DNA from: Oscillospiraceae bacterium | GTDB lineage: Bacteria > Bacillota > Clostridia > Oscillospirales > Acutalibacteraceae | Assembly: GCA_015065765.1 (NCBI GenBank) | Contig: SVPP01000010.1 | Location: forward strand, 12,760 to 36,759 | Reading direction: 5' to 3' | DNA length: 24,000 bases | In this document: positions 1 to 9,092 of the stretch, in pieces | How positions within the stretch are numbered: position 1 is the first letter of the stretch | Layout: each line of letters begins with the position of its first letter | The notes under the pieces: generated by a model | Told to the model about the DNA's origin: nothing | The model's database searches: none | Seen by the model: the letters and a program-made list of their open reading frames with translations, nothing else | Translations under genes and position numbers: made by a program

Positions 1-966
1 AAGACCGCCAAGCAGACTTCTTGTTGCATTAACAATTGAGCCTGAACCGGTTACAAACTCAAGACCTGCCGGCAGCACCACATCATATTCAAAACAGATA
101 ATAGGCTCACGCCACCACATCGATACGGTGTAATTAATCTCATCTCCCGCTTTCACATCGGTTTTGTCGGGAGTAATATAAAGTGCAACCCATGTATCAT
201 CACTGATTTCAGGCAGAGATGTTTCAGAAAGAACTTTTCCGCAGACGGAACATGAAACTACAACTTTACCATCAACTGTTTCTGTTACCTCAGTATGACC
301 ATTTGCAGGAATAACATCTTGTGCGATAAGGATTTCACCACACTCAGAACAGTGGCTGCCTTCTGTTAAGCCTGTGTTTATACAGTCCGCTTCCACTGCT
401 TCATCGATTACCTCAGTGTGAGAATGAACAGCGTCTTCTGCTGTGACTTTCACTCTGTTGACAACGCTGACATTACTGATAATTTCGTCCGCACCGCTGA
501 GAAAAGTATCTTCAAACTGAAGCTCAACAGATAAATCCTTTCCAACGGCTTCATCTGTAACCTTTGCTTTCAGAACAGTCAAAGCAACTTCATCATATCC
601 TGACGGCATAGCAAAAGCTTCTGCCTTGTATCCGTTTGTTCTCAGGCCTCCGTTCAAGCTTTCCTGGGAATCAGTAAACGCATAACCATCAAGACCAAGC
701 AGTACTGCTGTACCGTCAACTGCTTTTCCGGAGCCTTTTACATACTCAAGTCCCTCAGGAAAAACAACATCATATTCAAAACATAATATAGGATTTTTCC
801 ACCACATTGAAATTGTATATGTAACTACATCGCCGATCTTCGCTTCAGCTTTATCGGGAGTTACATACAAGATGATTTCAGGTTCTGCTTCTGCAAAAGC
901 AGAAACAGGAAATACAGACAAAATCATCACTAATGATAATAACACGGCTAAAATTTTCTTTTTCAT
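1..966 (-). CDS. Secreted repeat-domain protein, N-terminal part (C-terminus runs off the left edge); cohesin-like/Ig-like beta-sandwich modules
   Basis: Absent from the ORF track because it is open at the window edge. Translating the reverse complement from the ATG at 964-966 gives MKKKILAVLLSLVMILSVFPVSAFAEAEPEIILYVTPDKAEAKIGDVVTYTISMWWKNPILCFEYDVVFPEGLEYV... This starts with a signal peptide, and the frame stays open to base 1 (966 nt = 322 codons). A GGAGG RBS lies at 977-981. A module of about 50 aa (TPDK..GD..YT.SMWW..PI.CFEYDVV.P.GLE.V) occurs twice. The product name comes from the motif pattern only. Confidence 0.65.
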   Translation of the reverse strand, partial: MKKKILAVLLSLVMILSVFPVSAFAEAEPEIILYVTPDKAEAKIGDVVTYTISMWWKNPILCFEYDVVFPEGLEYVKGSGKAVDGTAVLLGLDGYAFTDSQESLNGGLRTNGYKAEAFAMPSGYDEVALTVLKAKVTDEAVGKDLSVELQFEDTFLSGADEIISNVSVVNRVKVTAEDAVHSHTEVIDEAVEADCINTGLTEGSHCSECGEILIAQDVIPANGHTEVTETVDGKVVVSCSVCGKVLSETSLPEISDDTWVALYITPDKTDVKAGDEINYTVSMWWREPIICFEYDVVLPAGLEFVTGSGSIVNATRSLLGGL

Positions 967-1006
967 AAAAGAATCGCCTCCAATACGCGTATTTTTCGCC
1001 GTTTAT

Positions 1007-1035
1007 ATTGTATCATAACTAAAAATATTATGCAA
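1007..1035 (-). promoter_or_regulatory. Candidate sigma-A promoter for the secreted-protein gene (TTGCAT-17 nt-TACAAT)
   Basis: On the minus strand, -35 TTGCAT lies at 1030-1035 and -10 TACAAT at 1007-1012 with a 17-nt spacer. This is about 40 nt upstream of the ATG at 966. Confidence 0.4.
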
Positions 1036-1065
1036 CAGTAAATTTTTTTGTAATATTTTTATAAT

Positions 1066-1100
1066 AAAAAATCAGTACGGTCGGGCAACCGTACTGATAA
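1066..1100 (-). terminator. Rho-independent terminator downstream of ricT
   Basis: Perfect 10-bp stem (1071-1080 ATCAGTACGG paired with 1089-1098 CCGTACTGAT) and an 8-nt loop. On the minus strand it is followed by a T-run (complement of the A-run at 1066-1070), directly after the stop codon at 1103. Confidence 0.6.
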
Positions 1101-1102
1101 TT

Positions 1103-1969
1103 TTATGATTCAATGTCCTTCAGTGCTTCAAGTTCTTCTTTGTCAACCTTGATTCTGCCGTCCTTGATGACCTTTACATCATGTCTGTGATAAGCCTGAG
1201 GTGCTGCTCCCGGACGTCTGTCAAGATTTACCTTTACAGTTCCTTTGAGGAGGTTTGTTTCAACTACTGTTCCTCTGCCCTCGTTTGTTTCAACGATTGC
1301 ACCCACTTTGGGAGTTACTTTCAGAAGATGCTCATATGCCTCCTGCTCATATTTCAGACAACACATAAGTCTGCCGCAAGTACCGCTGATTTTTGTGGGA
1401 TTGAGTGACAAGCCCTGTTCCTTTGCCATTTTAATCGAAACAGGCTGGAAATCACCTAAGAAGCTTGAACAGCAGAGAGGTCTGCCGCACATACCGAGAC
1501 CACCAATCATTTTTGATTCGTCTCTCACGCCAATCTGACGAAGCTCGATTCTTGTTCTGAAAACTCCGGCCAGGTCCTTGACAAGTTCTCTGAAATCCAC
1601 TCTGCCGTCTGAGGTGAAATAGAAAAGAATCTTACTGTTGTCAAAAGTATATTCAACCTCAACAAGTTTCATATCAAGGCCGTGCTTTGCAATTTTTTCA
1701 AGGCAGATGTCGAACGCCTTCTTTTCTTTTTCTTTATTCTTTGCAACTGTTGCAAGGTCCTCTTCTGTTGCGATTCTGATAAGCTTTTTCAGAGGATGGA
1801 CAATTTTATTGTCCTCCACCTCTCTGTTTTCAGCTGCAACCTCACCGCATTCAATACCTCTTGCAGTTTCAACTATAACTTTATCAAATTTTTTAAGCTG
1901 TTTTCCGTCAGGATCAAAGAAATAAACCTTTCCCACATCCTTGAATCTTACACCGATTACTTCAGCCAT
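1103..1969 (-). CDS. ricT: PSP1 domain protein, YaaT/RicT family (stage 0 sporulation / RNase Y regulatory complex component)
   Basis: 288 aa with an ATG start and an AGGAGG RBS. The N-terminus VIGVRFKDVGKVYFFDP, the Cys cluster MCGRPLCC...GTCGRLMCCL and the position directly downstream of holB are all typical of YaaT. Confidence 0.85.
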   Translation of the reverse strand: MAEVIGVRFKDVGKVYFFDPDGKQLKKFDKVIVETARGIECGEVAAENREVEDNKIVHPLKKLIRIATEEDLATVAKNKEKEKKAFDICLEKIAKHGLDMKLVEVEYTFDNSKILFYFTSDGRVDFRELVKDLAGVFRTRIELRQIGVRDESKMIGGLGMCGRPLCCSSFLGDFQPVSIKMAKEQGLSLNPTKISGTCGRLMCCLKYEQEAYEHLLKVTPKVGAIVETNEGRGTVVETNLLKGTVKVNLDRRPGAAPQAYHRHDVKVIKDGRIKVDKEELEALKDIES

Positions 1970-1971
1970 AT

Positions 1972-2859
1972 TTATACCTCCTGTTTCAAACGGCTCGAAA
2001 GCCTCGCTAAAAGCAAATTATGATTCGCATAATGCTCAATACCGCTTACGGCATCACTGACAACCTTCATGGCTTTCATGATTTTTTCCGATGTCATACC
2101 GCCTGCAAGGAGCCTTGCAGTATCTTCATTCTGCGACATGAGATTTTCTGCTCCGCTTTTCAGCGCAAGAGAATCTCTTAAAATCAGTATAACCTCTTCG
2201 AGAGATAATTTCAAGAGGTCTTTATCTTTTTCAAAAGCTCCCAGAGTTTTCATCATCTCGATTTCGCTGTCGGACAAAATTGCTTTTCCGATTAACGACG
2301 CACTCTCGTATGCTTTTTCAAGCTTCTTTTTTGTAGTGCTGTCATCTGTCAGGTCACCCATTCTGAATGCGGCACACCTTGATTTGACAGTTTCAAGAAG
2401 CATGGCCTTGTCCTCGCATTCAAGGATAAAATTCACATACGAGGGCGGCTCTTCAAGAACCTTAAGAAAGGCATTCATGGCAGTTTCGTTCATTCTGTGA
2501 GCTGCCGTTATAATATAAACCTTTCTTTCCGCCTCGTTAGGAACAACGTAAGCATCGCTTCTTACTTTTCGTATATCTTCAACAGATACTGTTTTTGATT
2601 TGTTAGTACCTTCAACCTTTTTTATATCAACGTGGGACTCACTCTCTGCCTTCATGCAGTTTGCACATTTGCCACACGGTCTCAGTGTTTTTTCACTCTC
2701 CGTACAGACAAGTGCCTTTGAGAGAGTTTGTGCAAAGGTAAGCCTTGTGCTTTCGTTTGCACCTTCAAGAATTATGGCATGAGGAAGCCTTCCGCTGTCA
2801 AAAGCAGATGATATGAGTTCTTTGAATTTTACGTCATATTCTCTGTTTTCAAAATTCAT
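1972..2859 (-). CDS. holB: DNA polymerase III subunit delta-prime
   Basis: 295 aa. The N-terminus has GRLPHAIILEG and the zinc module C..PCGKCANC. It sits in the conserved holB-yaaT arrangement, and its start overlaps the upstream stop (ATGA). Confidence 0.85.
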   Translation of the reverse strand: MNFENREYDVKFKELISSAFDSGRLPHAIILEGANESTRLTFAQTLSKALVCTESEKTLRPCGKCANCMKAESESHVDIKKVEGTNKSKTVSVEDIRKVRSDAYVVPNEAERKVYIITAAHRMNETAMNAFLKVLEEPPSYVNFILECEDKAMLLETVKSRCAAFRMGDLTDDSTTKKKLEKAYESASLIGKAILSDSEIEMMKTLGAFEKDKDLLKLSLEEVILILRDSLALKSGAENLMSQNEDTARLLAGGMTSEKIMKAMKVVSDAVSGIEHYANHNLLLARLSSRLKQEV

Positions 2860-3656
2860 GACTTACCGTCCAATACCTGAAGATTTCGTTTTATCACTTT
2901 TTCTCCCCGCCATTCAAAGGCTCTGCCCTCTATGGGAGTCTCCTCTGTAACTTTTGGATTGAAACTTTCGATAAATTCTTTTATTGTTGTTTTTTCTGCC
3001 TTTATATTATAGGGACATGCTTTCTGACATTCATCGCAGCCCCATGCACAGTTAAGGCGTTTCATCATTTCTTTATATTCTTCGGGGATTTCCCCTTTTT
3101 TCTGACTGATATGTGAAAGACATTTCTCTTTATCAAACTTCGCCTCTTTCAGCACACCTGTAGGACATGCTTCTTTGCATTTTCCGCAATCGGGACAACT
3201 TCTGATTTCTTTTTCCTCTGTGGGAATTTCAAGGTCGGTGAGAATCTCGCCGATAAAAACCCATGAGCCGTATTTTTCGTTTATGAAAAGTCCGTTTTTG
3301 CCTATCATTCCAAGTCCTGATTTCGCCGCAGCAAAAACTTCGGGAACAGGAGAATTATCCGCAAAGAAAACAAATTCATTCTTAGGATATTCTTCCTTCA
3401 ATTTATCACATATAAGTGAAAGATATCCGCTTGCTACAGTGTGATAATCGCTGACCGCCGCATAGCGTGATACGTTTAATTTTTCGTATGCATCCTCACC
3501 TAAATAATAAGGGAAGAGGAAAGTTATAACTGTTTTTGTGTTTTGGGGGATTCTCTCTTTCGCTCTGCAAGGAATAAGTCTATCCTTGTAAATTTCAAAA
3601 GAAGAGAAGCCGAAAAACTCACAGTAATTTTTAATGATTTTTTCTGTTTTTTCCAT
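2856..3656 (-). CDS. queG: Epoxyqueuosine reductase (QueG-like, two 4Fe-4S motifs)
   Basis: 266 aa. It carries SRYAAVSDYH, GLGMIGKNGLFINEKYGSWVFIGEILTD and the ferredoxin motifs CPDCGKCKEACP and CDECQKACP. Confidence 0.75.
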   Translation of the reverse strand: MEKTEKIIKNYCEFFGFSSFEIYKDRLIPCRAKERIPQNTKTVITFLFPYYLGEDAYEKLNVSRYAAVSDYHTVASGYLSLICDKLKEEYPKNEFVFFADNSPVPEVFAAAKSGLGMIGKNGLFINEKYGSWVFIGEILTDLEIPTEEKEIRSCPDCGKCKEACPTGVLKEAKFDKEKCLSHISQKKGEIPEEYKEMMKRLNCAWGCDECQKACPYNIKAEKTTIKEFIESFNPKVTEETPIEGRAFEWRGEKVIKRNLQVLDGKS

Positions 3657-4586
3657 TTAAGCTACCTGCTGACCAAGTGCAATCATAACGGGCATTGTAA
3701 GTATGCTCATAAAGCTGACCATAGCAACGACCTTTGATGCACAGGGTGCGTCCTTATCATATTTCGCAGCAAACATAACAGTGTTGTTTGCACTGGGTGC
3801 TGAGCTTGAAAGAATGATTGCGGGCACAAGTGCACCTGTCACTCCGAAAAGTTTGAAAAGTCCCAGCATACAAAGGGGAAGAACGATAAGCTTGAGAAAT
3901 GCAGTAAGATAAATCCTCTTGTCGCTGAACATAGTTTTCAGATCAGTATTTGCAAGGTATGTGCCGAAGAAAATCATAGCAAGAGGAGTGTTGAGTGATG
4001 CAAGATAATCAACAGGTGTCTGGAGAATTTCAGGAAGTCTTATTCCGAAAATAAAAAGCGGAAGTCCGATTAAAACTGCAATTGTACCCGGATTGAGAAT
4101 CAGTTTTTTAGGGTCAAACTTTTTCTCACCTGTCATTACCATTATACCGTGGGTAAAGGAACTGATATTGAAAACCATTACCACAACCGAGCAATAGAAA
4201 ACGCCTTCAGCACCTAAAACTGCATTGGCAAGCGGAAGAGCCATATAGCCTACGTTGCCGTAGTTTGATGCAAATTTATAAATGCAGTTATCACTCTTTG
4301 ACTTATCTCTGAAAAACGGAAGAGCAATAAGTGCGCCCACAATCTGGATTGCCGCCGCAAAAGCGAAAGCCAGAAGAAGTTTTTTATAGTTTTCTGGAGT
4401 GTTGTCCATGGACATGAAGGCGGTGATAATAACTGCGGGAGTTATTATGTAGAAAAGAAGGTCATTTGAAAGTCTTGCAGTTTTTTCTTTAAAAAGACCT
4501 GTCTTGTCGCAGATAAAACCCACTGCAACAAGAATGTAAAGAATGCCCACCTGCTTGGCGGCAATTGCAAGATTTTCCAGAAACAC
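3657..4586 (-). CDS. AEC (auxin efflux carrier) family membrane transporter
   Basis: 309 aa and polytopic. The start is GTG at 4584-4586, one nt after the upstream stop, with a GAGGAGG RBS. The hydrophobic repeat architecture and the N-terminus (ILYILVAVGF...) fit the AEC family. Confidence 0.75.
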   Translation of the reverse strand: MFLENLAIAAKQVGILYILVAVGFICDKTGLFKEKTARLSNDLLFYIITPAVIITAFMSMDNTPENYKKLLLAFAFAAAIQIVGALIALPFFRDKSKSDNCIYKFASNYGNVGYMALPLANAVLGAEGVFYCSVVVMVFNISSFTHGIMVMTGEKKFDPKKLILNPGTIAVLIGLPLFIFGIRLPEILQTPVDYLASLNTPLAMIFFGTYLANTDLKTMFSDKRIYLTAFLKLIVLPLCMLGLFKLFGVTGALVPAIILSSSAPSANNTVMFAAKYDKDAPCASKVVAMVSFMSILTMPVMIALGQQVA

Positions 4587-4587
4587 C

Positions 4588-5541
4588 TTATTTTTCCTCC
4601 TCTATAATTTTTTCAGATTCCTTCACTGTCATGTTTTTTATCTGGGGTGCAGAAACAAGAGTCATTGCAAAAACAAATGCAAACAAGCAGAAGAAAAAGT
4701 CTGCAATTTCTACGGGACATTCAAGCAAGCCATCTGCTGCAAGAGCTTTGTAGGATGAATCAAAAAGCTGAAGAAGCAGTCCGGGAATTGCTACAACTGC
4801 TGCAAACATTCCACCGATAAGTCCGTAGGAAACAACCTTGTAAGACACACATCTGTTGTTGACCTCAGAAGACATCTGAGCTAAGTACATAAAGAACATC
4901 ATCATAAACGCAATCATGAAAAGTTCAAGGAAAAGTGATGAAACATTCATGAAGCTGATTGTTCTTGTGAAACGCTGAATCATTCTGAAGGTTGCCCAGA
5001 AAAGAGGACAAAGAGAGAAAAATTTCATTTTTGCCATATCTGCGTTTCTCATTCCTGCATATTTAAAAGTAAGAATAATGAAATAAATTGCTGAAAGTAT
5101 TCCGAAAACACCTTCAAGAAGTCTCGGAAGTGCACCTGATTTCATAAGATATGAAAAATGTGTCTGCTCTGCCATAAATGGGTCATAGGAAGCTGACATG
5201 TCAAAGTAAGACTGAACAGATGCTACCGCACCGAACACAAGCAAAATTGCAAAACAGCCTGATGCTACAGAAACAGCAATATTTTTCTTTTCAGGAAGTT
5301 TATCCTGCGGTGCTTTTCCTGAAAGAAGGCAAATCACAAAAATTGCCACTGCGGAAAAGCCTAAAACACCATAAAGAATAGGTGTTGTAATGCTGTTTTC
5401 TGTAAAAAAGCCTGTTTCAAAATCAATAAGACCGCTGAAAGACTGATAAATTCTGATAATAAGCGCAACAATAGTACCTGCAAGTGCTACAAAGAAAGCA
5501 CTTTTCATCTGAAGGTTTTTCGCGCTACCTTTAATTTTCAT
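4588..5541 (-). CDS. Hypothetical polytopic membrane protein
   Basis: 317 aa with about 8 hydrophobic segments. It has an ATG start with a GGTGA RBS and is packed tightly between citrate synthase and the AEC transporter. I recognised no family. Confidence 0.55.
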   Translation of the reverse strand: MKIKGSAKNLQMKSAFFVALAGTIVALIIRIYQSFSGLIDFETGFFTENSITTPILYGVLGFSAVAIFVICLLSGKAPQDKLPEKKNIAVSVASGCFAILLVFGAVASVQSYFDMSASYDPFMAEQTHFSYLMKSGALPRLLEGVFGILSAIYFIILTFKYAGMRNADMAKMKFFSLCPLFWATFRMIQRFTRTISFMNVSSLFLELFMIAFMMMFFMYLAQMSSEVNNRCVSYKVVSYGLIGGMFAAVVAIPGLLLQLFDSSYKALAADGLLECPVEIADFFFCLFAFVFAMTLVSAPQIKNMTVKESEKIIEEEK

Positions 5542-5550
5542 AAAATCACC

Positions 5551-6966
5551 TTATCTCTGTTCTCTGGGAATATAAATACCTGATACGCCCTCTGATTCTT
5601 TTCTTTCATCAAGAGAAACATATTCACGTGAATGAGCAACACTCTTGTATGCAGGGCGGATGATTCTGTTAGCAGTTGTCATTTCTTCAATTCTGTGTGC
5701 TGACCAGCCTGCAACTCTTGCTACCGCAAACATAGGTGTGAACAAATCTACAGGGATTTTCAGCATCTCATAAATAAGACCTGAGTACATGTCAACGTTA
5801 GCACAAAGAGGCTTCTTCACGCCCTTCACTGAAGCGAAAACCTGCGGTGACAGTTCTTCAATACGTGTAATCATATTGAAACGCTCTTCATACTCAGTGC
5901 CCTTTGCAAATTCTCCTGCTTTTTCTTTAAGGAGGACTGCTCTCGGGTCTGAGAGAGTGTAGATTGCATGGCCCATACCGTAAATAAGACCTGAGCCGTC
6001 GCCGGCTTCTTTATTGATAATCTTCTTAAGATAATCTGCAATTTCACCGTCAGAAGAATGGTTTTTAACATTTTCATAAATTTCGCCGATCATCTGATGA
6101 GCCTTGATGTTTGCACCACCGTGACGGGGACCTTTCAGTGAACCGATAGCCGCACCGATTGCAGAATATGTATCTGTGCCTGATGATGAAAGAACTCTTG
6201 TTGTAAACGTTGAGTTGTTACCGCCACCATGCTCTGCATGAATGCAAAGGCAAAGGTCAAGAAGTTTTGCCTCTTCATCAGTGAATGTTCTGTCAGCTCT
6301 TGTGAAACGAAGGATTGTTTCAGCAGTTGAATGCTCAGGCTTGGGCTGATGAATATACATGCTCTTCTTGTAATAAGTTCTTCTCTTTACCTGATATGCG
6401 TATGTCATAATTGCAGGCAACTGTGCCACAAGATGGATACACTGTCTGAGCATGTTAGTAACACTTGTATCATCAGGGTTTGAATCGTATGAATAAAGAG
6501 CAAGAACACTTCTTGCCATTTTGTTCATGATGTCAGGTGACGGTGCCTTCATGATCATATCTTCAATGAAATCATCGGGAAGTTCACGGCACATTGCAAG
6601 TGTTGCTCTGAACATTTCAAGCTGTTCCTTTGTCGGAAGTGAGCCGAAAATCAGAAGCCATGCAATTTCTTCAAAACCGAAACGGTTTTCCTTCTGACAG
6701 TTTCTGACTAAATCCACCATGTCATAGCCACGGTAAGTAAGTCTTCCTTCCTTGGGGATTCTTTCGCCGTCAATAATATAGTAACCCTCAACACTGCAGA
6801 TTTGTGTCAGTCCTGCCATAACGCCTGTGCCGTCAGAATTTCTAAGACCTTTCTTGACACCGTACTTGCTGAAATCTCCTGTGTCGATACGGTTATTTTT
6901 CTCAAGTTCTTTACATAAACTTTCCATAGAGCTGTCATCGATATATTTGATATAAGTTGTTGACAT
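5551..6966 (-). CDS. Citrate synthase (citrate/2-methylcitrate synthase family)
   Basis: 471 aa. It carries the family motifs HAEHGGGNNSTF, GPRHGGAN and YGMGHAIY, and has an ATG start with a GAGGAG RBS. Confidence 0.9.
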   Translation of the reverse strand: MSTTYIKYIDDSSMESLCKELEKNNRIDTGDFSKYGVKKGLRNSDGTGVMAGLTQICSVEGYYIIDGERIPKEGRLTYRGYDMVDLVRNCQKENRFGFEEIAWLLIFGSLPTKEQLEMFRATLAMCRELPDDFIEDMIMKAPSPDIMNKMARSVLALYSYDSNPDDTSVTNMLRQCIHLVAQLPAIMTYAYQVKRRTYYKKSMYIHQPKPEHSTAETILRFTRADRTFTDEEAKLLDLCLCIHAEHGGGNNSTFTTRVLSSSGTDTYSAIGAAIGSLKGPRHGGANIKAHQMIGEIYENVKNHSSDGEIADYLKKIINKEAGDGSGLIYGMGHAIYTLSDPRAVLLKEKAGEFAKGTEYEERFNMITRIEELSPQVFASVKGVKKPLCANVDMYSGLIYEMLKIPVDLFTPMFAVARVAGWSAHRIEEMTTANRIIRPAYKSVAHSREYVSLDERKESEGVSGIYIPREQR

Positions 6967-7019
6967 ATCAAAGCTCCTCTCTTATACACATAATTATTCA
7001 TTATAAAATATTACTCTAT

Positions 7020-7049
7020 ATTGTACAATATTTCATTACTAAAAGTCAA
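7020..7049 (-). promoter_or_regulatory. Candidate sigma-A promoter for the citrate synthase operon (TTGACT-18 nt-TACAAT)
   Basis: On the minus strand, -35 TTGACT lies at 7044-7049 and -10 TACAAT at 7020-7025. The -10 is part of the palindrome TTGTACAA at 7021-7028, which also reads TACAAT on the plus strand at 7024-7029. Confidence 0.4.
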
Positions 7050-7071
7050 GAAAAAAGGATGGTAGATTTAC

Positions 7072-7986
7072 ATGAGATTCACACTGTTTTTAAGCATATG
7101 CTTGGCACTTTCAATGATTTTTACCCCTGTTATACCTCTCCACAGCAAAACAGAAGAAAAGAAGTCATCATCTGTCTCTGTAAAAGCAGAAAAGGAAGAA
7201 GAAATAACTCTTTACAGAACAGAGATTAAAGAGACGGTAAAATTGTCTGTAAGCGACTATCTTACAGGTGTTGTCAGCGCGGAAATTTCTCCGCTTTATT
7301 CAGAAGAAGCAATAAAAGCACAGGCTATCGCCGCCCACACATATGCACTCTATCAGCAGGAAAAAGGTGTCACTCTCACTGACGATTACAAAAAGCATCA
7401 GGGCTACATTTCTCCCGAAGAAGCAAAAGAAAAATGGGGAGACAAATATGACCTTTATATGCAAAAAATCACCTCATGCGTAGACGAGGTTAAGGAAGAA
7501 ATCATAACATATGAAGGGGAAATTATATTGCCTGCGTTTTTTGCTTTATGCTCAGGAAAAACGGAGAATGTAAAAGATATATGGGGACAAGAGCTTCCCT
7601 ACCTTGTGTCTGTTACAAGCGAGGGCGACAAGCTTTCCCCCGACCTTGTGACAGAAAAGAAAGTAACAAGAGAAGAGTTTGAGAATTTTGCAGGAATTAC
7701 GCTTAGTGAAACACCTGTTTTTTCCCTTGACTGCACAGAAGCGGGAGCAGTAAAAGCCCTGACAATTGACAGCAAAGAGTTTGACGGTGACGATGTACAG
7801 AAAGCATTCTCACTCAAATCAAACAATTTTTCTCTCACCTATTCTGAAAACAATTTTATTTTCACCGTTTACGGCTATGGTCACGGTGTGGGAATGAGCC
7901 AATACGGTGCAGATTTCATGGCAAGACAAGGTGCAAGTTATGATGAGATTCTGAAGCACTATTATACGGGGGTTGAAATTGAATAA
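7072..7986 (+). CDS. spoIID: Stage II sporulation protein D (SpoIID/LytB lytic transglycosylase domain)
   Basis: 304 aa with an N-terminal signal/anchor. It carries the motifs AQAIAAHTYAL, PAFFALCSGKTE and GYGHGVGMSQYGA. Confidence 0.85.
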   Translation: MRFTLFLSICLALSMIFTPVIPLHSKTEEKKSSSVSVKAEKEEEITLYRTEIKETVKLSVSDYLTGVVSAEISPLYSEEAIKAQAIAAHTYALYQQEKGVTLTDDYKKHQGYISPEEAKEKWGDKYDLYMQKITSCVDEVKEEIITYEGEIILPAFFALCSGKTENVKDIWGQELPYLVSVTSEGDKLSPDLVTEKKVTREEFENFAGITLSETPVFSLDCTEAGAVKALTIDSKEFDGDDVQKAFSLKSNNFSLTYSENNFIFTVYGYGHGVGMSQYGADFMARQGASYDEILKHYYTGVEIE

Positions 7987-8030
7987 ATGAATAATGAATG
8001 ATTAATAATTGATGGCCTGCGGCAGCATTT

Positions 8031-8077
8031 TATAATAACAGCGTAGCCCCGAAATTCTGCATTCTTCACTCTGCATT
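8031..8077 (+). repeat. Intergenic repeat family B, copy 1 (TATAAT box plus CCCCGAAATTCTGCATTCTTCACTCTGCATT)
   Basis: It aligns with 14946-15000 and 22353-22404, all in the same orientation. Its right end overlaps the stop codon (8076-8078) of the minus-strand phosphoesterase gene. Confidence 0.7.
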
Positions 8078-8537
8078 AAATATGTGCATTGACGCACATA
8101 ACCTCGCCTTTCGGAGTAATATCAATAAATCCATAGTTCCCGTCCCTGACACTTCCCGGATTAAAAACATAAACTCCGTCGATATATTTACTCACAGGAA
8201 TGTGAGTGTGGCCATATAATATAATGTCAGCACCTAAAGACTGACCTTTGTAGATAAGATTATCTATGCCGAATTTCACATTTTCAAGAAATCCGTGGGT
8301 TATGAAAAACTTTTTACCTTCAATCACCTGAGTGACATTTTCTTCAAGTTCAGAATAAAAATCACAGTTGCCTCTGACCTTGATTACATGCTTATCAATG
8401 AGGTGTATACCGCATCTGTGTATATCGCTTTCACCGTCACCGAGAAAAATCACAACCTCTGCAGTCGGATGGTTTCTGATTATCCGGCTTAAGGTAAAGC
8501 TGTCCCCATGTGAATCGGAAAGAACAAGTATTCTCAT
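8076..8537 (-). CDS. Metallophosphoesterase, YfcE/MJ0936 family
   Basis: 153 aa. It carries MRILVLSDSHGD, GDGESD, RGNCD and the GHTH motifs. Confidence 0.85.
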   Translation of the reverse strand: MRILVLSDSHGDSFTLSRIIRNHPTAEVVIFLGDGESDIHRCGIHLIDKHVIKVRGNCDFYSELEENVTQVIEGKKFFITHGFLENVKFGIDNLIYKGQSLGADIILYGHTHIPVSKYIDGVYVFNPGSVRDGNYGFIDITPKGEVMCVNAHI

Positions 8538-8566
8538 ATTAAAAATTCCTTTCTGAGGTGATTATA

Positions 8567-8755
8567 ATGCAAAATAATTTTGACTCTTTTTTTAACGGCT
8601 CTGCATCAAAGGAAGATGTAGAAAAATATGTAAACAATAATTTATCACAGGAAGATAAAGAAAAAATCAAATCAGTCCTTGCCGATAAAAATAAGCTGAA
8701 CGAAATTTTATCAAGTCCCTTTGCTCAGGAACTGATGAAGAAGTTCAGAAAGTAA
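8567..8755 (+). CDS. Small hypothetical protein (62 aa from the ATG; the ORF track starts at GTG 8558)
   Basis: GAGGTG at 8555-8560 lies 6 nt before ATG 8567, which favours that start. The protein is charged and probably helical. It is the first of three tightly packed small ORFs. Confidence 0.45.
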   Translation: MQNNFDSFFNGSASKEDVEKYVNNNLSQEDKEKIKSVLADKNKLNEILSSPFAQELMKKFRK

Positions 8756-8758
8756 GCT

Positions 8759-9088
8759 ATGGATATGGATAACATCGGCGATATTATTTCCTCACTTAGC
8801 GAAGATGATATCGCATCATTGAAGCAGACCGCAGAAAGTCTTTTCGGCGGTGCAAAAGAAGAAAAAAAGAAGGACACAGGCTTTGATTTTTCAGGGATTG
8901 ACCCTCAGATGATAGGAAAAATCACAAGAATGATGAGCCTGCTCAATTCCTCTTCTTCAAGTCCACGTTGCGACCTGATACGGGCATTGAAGCCTCTTCT
9001 TTCTCAGGATAAAAGGAAACGTGCAGACGAGGCGATGCAGCTTATGAAAATGCTTGATATTCTGCCTCTGATACAAGAGCTGAGGTGA
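8759..9088 (+). CDS. Small hypothetical protein (109 aa)
   Basis: It starts 3 nt after the previous stop. It has an acidic N-terminus, a poly-Ser stretch and a C-terminal LIRALKPLLSQDKRKRADEAMQLMKMLDILPLI helix. I recognised no family. Confidence 0.45.
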   Translation: MDMDNIGDIISSLSEDDIASLKQTAESLFGGAKEEKKKDTGFDFSGIDPQMIGKITRMMSLLNSSSSSPRCDLIRALKPLLSQDKRKRADEAMQLMKMLDILPLIQELR

Positions 9089-9092
9089 TTAC

